64,000 nucleotides of DNA. Origin: Eledone cirrhosa (taxonomy: Eukaryota). Where the stretch lies: the NCBI GenBank assembly GCA_964016885.1, contig OZ024742.1, positions 194,060,001 through 194,124,000 of the forward strand, in the 5' to 3' direction. Below, in pieces: positions 56,588-64,000 of this stretch. The stretch's first letter is position 1. Each line of letters opens with the position of its first letter. Under the pieces are notes generated by a model. That model was not told the DNA's origin, made no database searches, and saw only the letters and a list, made by a program, of their open reading frames with translations. A program made the translations under genes and the position numbers.

Positions 56588-57728
56588 TCTCTCTCTCTTT
56601 ATATCCCCACGTCTGCCCTTAACCGACGTATAATGAAGTACACACAGCCAATCTCGGGCGTGCACTGACGTAAAAGAGATCACATTGTACTCACATATTT
56701 ATAGAATGTTAAGACATTGCTTTAGGAAGAATCTGTTGCTATTTCTAGCAGCTTGTACATCTTCAAAGGGGTTCTCTTTTTACCACAATGATTGTGGCCT
56801 TGTAAATCAAACTAATAAAAACCCGCCGCTTCATTGCTATAAAACACACAGGCACATACAAACAAGCAGAAAAATAAATATATGTATTATAGATATAGAT
56901 ATATACATATACGAGAGACATACAAATACCATCGTCTTTTATTGAAGTCTGCGTTGAGTTGTCTGTATGTTGAAGTCTTTATTTCTGAAATATAATTTCC
57001 ACACTCTCTCTGTCGCTGTATTTCTCTCCCAACAACAAATATTTCTCTTCACATTCTTCCCTCTTTCTACTTATATGTTGTGACAAAGGTTATCTCCCCT
57101 TTTGATTCCTCTCCTTTTTCCCTCCAACAAATATGTTGCGACGGACAAACAGACGGAGACCAGCTTCACTTTTATAATAGGTAGAATCGGTAGTTCATAT
57201 AATTCACTCTCTCCTAGGTCACCTTCGTCTTTTACCCTATTTGAGTTGGTAAATATATTACGTCCCCCAGTACTGCGGTCAAAATTTATCTGATGTTACT
57301 CCCTCCCTCATTCTATCATTCTAGCTCCCTCCTTATTATAGACGAAATCTGATGTGATCAAATCTCAAAGAGGATGGCCTGGGGCTTGGTTAAAATACGC
57401 GTGATATGTATCACACAACAGTGTTCTGCGACGACATGCTGGTGTAAGTCCTATCGATGACTGATGAACTATTTGTGGAATTTCTACAGCATTTCCTTCT
57501 AGCTACGAAACATTCCGAAAGAACAGTAAATATGCTTAAATTAAAATGAAAAAAAAAAACAATCGATTTTTTCCTGTGTGGGTATACAAAACCGATGTGA
57601 AATTCGATAAGTTGTGACGTCTAGAAAAAACATAACCTATTACTGAAGTAAAAGACAAAGCAGGTTATATTTCCCCCAAACTTTTACATTAGCTTTGAAT
57701 GCTGTACAAAAGCATTGTTTAAAAGACA

Positions 57729-57806
<78 letters not shown>

Positions 57807-57911
57807 AATTAAAATATTAGAGTGTGTTGGAGTTAAACAACCTCTTCATATTATAGAAATGACAGTAAAGATGTAATTAAAATGTATTGAAGGCTTCTTT
57901 GGTATATTTTC

Positions 57912-58058
<147 letters not shown>

Positions 58059-58064
58059 TAGATA

Positions 58065-58117
<53 letters not shown>

Positions 58118-58174
58118 CTAGATATATAGATATGCATGTGTATGTGCGCGTGTCTATGTATACGTGTATATATC

Positions 58175-58207
<33 letters not shown>

Positions 58208-58210
58208 TAA

Positions 58211-58262
<52 letters not shown>

Positions 58263-58302
58263 AAATGTATATATATATATATGTTTATATATATATATAT
58301 AT

Positions 58303-58500
58303 AACGAAGGAAATGTGTTAAGGAACCAGGTGGACCATAACGCACCAAAGTACTCAATACTTAGGTTAGTAGAGTGGGTAATAGGAACGAGTAGGACCCC
58401 GATGGCTGAGCTCAAGCCGTTTCGACGGCTAATTCTGGACTAGTCCAGAATTAGCCTCGAAACGGCTTGAGCTCAGCCGTCGGGGTCCTACTCGTTCCTA
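58303..58500 (-). mobile_element. ~200-bp fold-back element with 3' half HHR
   Basis: GAAA-cggct tgagctc agccg-TC-ggggt; palindromic centre aattctggactagtccagaatt; in (TA)n. Confidence 0.8.
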
Positions 58501-58507
58501 TATATAT

Positions 58508-58559
<52 letters not shown>

Positions 58560-60319
58560 AATATATATATATATATGTATATTATATACATATGTATATA
58601 TATATATGTGTGTTTGCGTATGTGTGTTTCAATGAAATACTCTACGTTCTATCGATCTAAATGTTAATATATTTATTTATGCATGCATACATATAAGCAG
58701 ATATACATATTCGCATACGTATCACACACATAATCAATCCACCCCCACCCAACCGGCCCGCATACACATACAAACATCCCTCCCCCTATATATTTATATA
58801 TATTTATATATGAGTGTGTATGTGAGAGACAGGTACAATATGCTGGCGTTCGAATTGAGCAAACGCTTTTCAAACATTTCCTTGCAGTTATAAACGGAGG
58901 CGGAATTATACTTCTTTTCATCCCACTCTAGAACTGACTGAATATATGCATTATCAAGCGTATTCCATCTGTGGCTATGCTGTCCTTATTTCAGAGATTA
59001 TATACCTAGAACTTCGTTATGAATGTGTTCTTTTATGTAATGGTAAATAAGGTAATGTTGTAGGGAGATCTGCAAGTTTGTCGGTGACCGCAGAGTGTAG
59101 ATATCATATGTGTTTCATGTGACATGTTAGGCCAAAGAGCTTTTCCAATTTTGGAAGTCATATTTTGAGCTTATTATACTTTTTTGTGTTGTTTCGTTAA
59201 CAGAAATTGCGTAAAGCTGACAATTACAGTTAACGGTTGCTTTTCGGAACTGTATTTTGCCGAGCATTTTGCTTATTAATGTTGGGCTATTTTTACAGGT
59301 TTAGAATATTTTGTATGATAGGTCGAACGAGATCTCATGAAATTCTAATGTAAATATTCTCCAACTCTAACAATGAGAGATTCAGTTACCATGGTGCCTA
59401 TGTTCTTTGTTTCATTGCACTAATTCCTTTCGGCTATTTAGTTTTACAGAACTACACATTTTAAATGAAACGTAGGCTAAACTGATGCTTCGAATATAAT
59501 GAATTGAACAAGGAAATGTTATTGACTGCTCGTTATAGAGAACCGCTACAAGGAATAACCAAAGGACATTGGATAAGGCAAAGCTGCTTAGTTTTACTTA
59601 TGACAATTTGCAGATGTTACTTAGATTATTATAGCATACAGTTCTCTTGGAATATAATTTCATATTGCTTCATCAAAATATCAATGTAGTAACTTTTGAC
59701 ATTTTTAGGAATTAAAATTGCACGAGAGACGGTTTTGATCTGGAGATTGTTAATGTCAAGTGTTTGTTAAATACGAGTCTATTTTTTTGCTTCTGAAAGT
59801 TAGCCAATGTTATGTTTGTGGAATCGACCTGGCCGATTGCCAAGTCAGGTTTAGAAGTCGTTTTCCATCAAAAACGGTTGGTTTATGTTCTTGTTCTTCA
59901 TGGCTATTCAAAAAGCGCTCGTACTGAAGTCAAAATTGAAAATGTTGCTGGATGGACTCCTTCATAATATACTTATATTTTCCAGTAAAATTGATAAACA
60001 AATACGAATATGAAGACGTGGACATGCTATAATATGGATATACGTATGTGTCCGAAATAGATCAATCATTGAAATGAGATAGAGCAAGGAAGGCAGTATT
60101 TGATGGCAAGGATTTTTTTCGACGGATGATATATTTGTAATTCATCCATACACTATATCTTAGAATTTTTCTTATTAATCATCTTATATTTTTCTTTTAC
60201 GTCTCACGTTTTCTTTTACTTCTAAAATACTCTCTTATCCCCTGTGAAGGCTAGACCAATTATCCAGCAGACTATTCCCTTTTTTAACGATAACAATACC
60301 AAATTGTGATTATTATTAA

Positions 60320-61140
60320 GTGGATTGGCAGTATCGGTAGAGGGTCGGACGCCATGCTTTCCAGCATAGTTACGTCCCTTTACGATCTAAGTTCAAATCC
60401 CGCCGATGTAGACTTTGCCTTTCATCCTTACGGGGTCAATGAAATAAAGTACCAGTAATGCACTGGGTAATTGCTGGCCTTGTGCCAAAAGTAGAAACAA
60501 TTATTAATATTATTATTATATAGGGCGGTGGATTGGCAGTATCTGGAGAAACTCAGACGCCATGCTTTGCAACATTAGTTATCAACCTTTACGTTCTGTG
60601 TTCAAATCCCGCCAAGGTTAACTTTACCTATTATCCTTTAAGGGGTCGATAAATAAAGCACCAGTAACGTACATGGGTCGATTTAATTGGCTTTCCCCTC
60701 TCCTCAAATTGCTCGCCGTATGCCTGGATTGGCAGTATCGGTAGAGGATCGGACGCCATGCTTTACAGCATAGGGTTATACTCCTTTACGGTCTCAGTTC
60801 AAATCCCGACGAGGTTAAATTTACCTTTCCTCCTTAAGGGGTCGATAAAATAAAACAACAGTTATATACTGGGGTAACTGCTGGCCTTGTGCCCAAAATA
60901 GAAATAATTATTAATATTATTGTTAGGGTGGTTGATTGGCAGTATTGGTAGAGCGTCGGGAACCAAGCTTCGCAGCATAGTTACGTCCCTTTACGTTCTG
61001 AGTTCAAATCCCGTGGAGGTTAGCTTTGATTTTCAACATTATTGGGTTGATAAAATAAAGTACCAGTCACGCACTGGTGTCGATTTAATTGACTTTCCCC
61101 TCCCACAAACTTGCTGGTCTTATACTTAAAACGGAAACCA
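60320..61140 (+). mobile_element. Four head-to-tail tRNA-derived SINE copies (Nin-domain-like)
   Basis: gattggcagtat..gttcaaatcccg..ggggtcgataaa..accagt repeated at ~60320, 60522, 60725 and 60925. Confidence 0.85.
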
Positions 61141-61929
61141 TTATCATTATTATTGTATGTTTGCTCAGCTCTTAGACAGGTGATGGTATTTACATTCACA
61201 ATCAAATCAAATAACTTCGGATTGAAAGCAGTTTGCCAAGAATGTTCAGTTTTCAACAATACAGATATTTTGCAGAATATTTGTTCAAATGCCATTTTCC
61301 TTCCAAAAACTCTCTTAAGAGTTTGGTGACACGTCCTAATTATCATATCACAACTTGGCAATTTAGACTCTCAGCTTAAAGTAGATGTCAAAGTTTTTTT
61401 TTTTGTTTTCCTTCATTCTGGTAAAACAAAATTACGATGGTTGGCCGTCGTCACAGAGTCCCAAATTCAAAAGGCCTTGAGTGGTATATATGGACAGCAA
61501 AACCCATATCTACCTGGTACTGACACATACAGTTTTCAAAACATATTCTCATTCTTCTCTACCACTATTAATATAGGTATTATTGATCTCCTTTGGTATA
61601 GACTTTTATTAATTTGTGTATTATGATTTGTTGTTATACCCCTGTTTTTGCTGCGTTTATAGTTAAAAATTGTGCTTCAAACGGATAATAATCCGCCGTA
61701 CAATGCCCTCAAGATTGGCAATCCCAAATATCGTAACTTTTAAACACGCCCACATATTTTAATGGAGGCAAAATCCCGACCACTCTCACGAACTACGCAA
61801 ATATCTCACATGTGTAAATCGCCTGGCTAGTGGTGACTGTCCTAAAAAATATCGAGGTACAAAGAGATCAAAAGAACTAAACATGAAAACTGTTTCTATG
61901 CATGAAGGCAGATTCTGATTCAAATGGAC

Positions 61930-62322
61930 CAAGAAAATATCAATGCCGTCACCGAACCTATAGACAATGAAGATTAAATCCTGGTTCACGTAACCGTAGA
62001 GAGCAGAAAGCTAAAATGCCACGCGTGTGACGTAAAAGCACACCTTAATTATTTCTATCCAAAGGAAACCATGAAGAAGATGCGGCCTTCTTTCCTTCCT
62101 ACGCTAATTTCCATAGTGGAACCATCAACTCCAACCTCAACGACAACAGCAATAACGAGAAGAACACCACCACAATTTGCATCCACTGAAAGGACGCCAC
62201 CAAACACAGCTGCAACAGCAGTACACACTCAGACAGGCAGCTTTGGTCTGGGAGTGGATAGCAAACCGTCAAAAAGAAAAAAAAAGGAAAAGCCTCACAA
62301 TTTCGTTCAAACTAGAAGATAA
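61930..62322 (+). mobile_element. Decayed LINE ORF1-like fragment with zinc-knuckle remnant
   Basis: HVTVESRKLKCHACDVKAHLNYFYP (V.VEGR..C..C...GH....CP-like), in frame with a T/P-rich basic tail. Confidence 0.4.
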
Positions 62323-62469
62323 GATAACAGAAAACTGAAGCCCTAAAGCTCACAATAGCAACAGGAACATCATTCCTAAAACCATTATCATCATCAAGAC
62401 CACAGGATTCACTAAAGACACAAGCAACACCATCTTCAACACAACATAACCAGCACCAGCAGCTACAGC

Positions 62470-63620
62470 AAACATACTCTGAGGCTACGATACCACCAGC
62501 TTTCCTTGACGAACCTTTCGCTCGACGCGTTTTCGCCCAGCATATCTCCTTGACGGAGATGCAGTTCTGGATCAAGTTAAGACCGAGAAGGAGAGCTTGG
62601 AAACAAGAATTTTTTAGGTGATCAATCCTCTGTTGACAGGATAGTGCAGTCGTTAGAAAGTCCAGTCCTCTTTGGAGGTCTCAAGAGATTTAGTGGCTAG
62701 TAAAAGCGAGGCCATTATTTAGGAGACTCCATCTCTAATAGTATGACATTTCTAGCACCGTTCTTATACTTTTTGCTATACAAAGCAAATACCCCATATA
62801 TAAACTAAATTAATTCCACTCTATATCAAACATTATTCAACTGTTAAGTATTCTAATCACTTAACCCAATCTTCCTATTATATATTGAAAGTCAACGTCA
62901 CGGCAATCCTTTCGATTTCGTAATTAATGTCTTGCTAATTTTACATTGTCTTGTTTCTTTGTCAACCTCACCATCATATATTTTATATTTGTATGAGACA
63001 AATTTCCAGAAACCAAAGGTTTATATCTACAGAGGGTTAGCGGAAGCGATGACCGACAATGCCATGTGGTCGACTCTGTACACTGACGAGTAAGGTCGGG
63101 GATTATGTACAATTTTTCAAAACTTTCATTGCAGTGTAGTGCCACAGAGGGGCATAGCTAGTTTGGGACAAGCTCTAAAGTCACGAAAACTGGACCTGTT
63201 AAACACCATTTTATCATGTGTAAAACAGATCCTGCTATCAGCTGATCTATAATAAAAGGTGAAACATCTCTTTAATTAAAAAGGGAAGTGCAGCAAGTCT
63301 TCGTCTGTCTGGTAAATATGGTGAAAGAAGGTGTATGGTGAACACATCGAAAGGGTTTGTGAACAGTAATCTTTCCCGATTAAGCCATCATCAGCTTCTA
63401 CAAGAACCAATTGAGGAGGAAAGTAAGGACAAAGAGGGAGATCTGCCTTCTAACCCATTTTATGAAAGATGAGTGTAAGCAGTGAGATTGACTTTGTTGA
63501 ATAGTCTTACACTGACAAGGCTTTTCTCTCGGCAAGGATGACTGAAACCGAGAGAGAGAGCAGTTTCAATGCCGGTGGAGTATCAGAGCAATCCAGGATT
63601 TTTGGGTCTCTCCCTAAAGC
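62470..63620 (-). mobile_element. Possible highly decayed CR1/Jockey-like RT remnants
   Basis: Fragments such as RIDH..ILVSKL on the reverse strand; heavily frameshifted. Confidence 0.25.
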
Positions 63621-64000
63621 TCATTCCATTTTCCATCGGGATTCTGTTCCTAGTTGCTTTGTATTCTTATCGTGATTTGTTATTACAACTAGCAGAAAAA
63701 CCACTCTTCGGGTGGTTCTGCTAGCATGTGTAGTGTGTATATTGATATTATACGCTGGTATATATACATGTAGATATGGTACATCAAATAAAATCATAAT
63801 TGACAATATATAATACATAGAAATTGAACGAAGACTGCGTTACACTGTCTTATGTAATCAGTAACGTAATTTATGATACATTAAAAAACACGATATTATA
63901 TATAAACTGCATTAGGAGAAAATTAGTGACGGATAATTAGTATGTTTATTTAAGCGATCGCCACCGGAAGTGTTGACATTTCAGAAATTTTAAAGAAGTG

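Noticed and set aside
56600-56680. CCAAT, GGGCG and TGACGT cluster as a promoter
   Set aside because: Short motifs expected by chance; no associated gene
57461-57525. CTGATGA...GAAA hammerhead-like spacing
   Set aside because: No convincing helix I or helix III/NUH
63360-63398. Minus-strand CTGATGA..GAAA
   Set aside because: Helix II does not pair and the cleavage triplet would end in G

Overview
AT-rich, microsatellite-laden animal DNA. The SINE families suggest an octopus/cephalopod genome (inference). No convincing host protein-coding gene is present; most ORF-track entries are translated microsatellites. The window is a retroelement graveyard: two Neptune-type Penelope-like elements (PLEs; RT + GIY-YIG), a decayed Naiad-type PLE, a near full-length RTE LINE, a decayed I-group (Ingi/Vingi-like) LINE, Tx1-like and CRE-like 3' fragments, tRNA-derived SINEs and a tRNA-Thr(UGU) (pseudo)gene. 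The main hidden signal is about 35 type I hammerhead ribozyme (HHR) motifs, read by eye, from well over a dozen sequence-unrelated non-coding families, almost all inserted into (TA)n arrays. Several form tandem 330-533 bp monomers resembling non-LTR retrozymes. All nine inverted HHR pairs are head-to-head, with both 3' ends pointing outward into the flanking microsatellite. Two families carry the compensatory U3-A8 core (TTGATAA). Many have family-specific palindromic helix III, and several unrelated families share a TTGAGT-initiated 3'-terminal hairpin. Folds and coordinates were derived manually and need computational confirmation.
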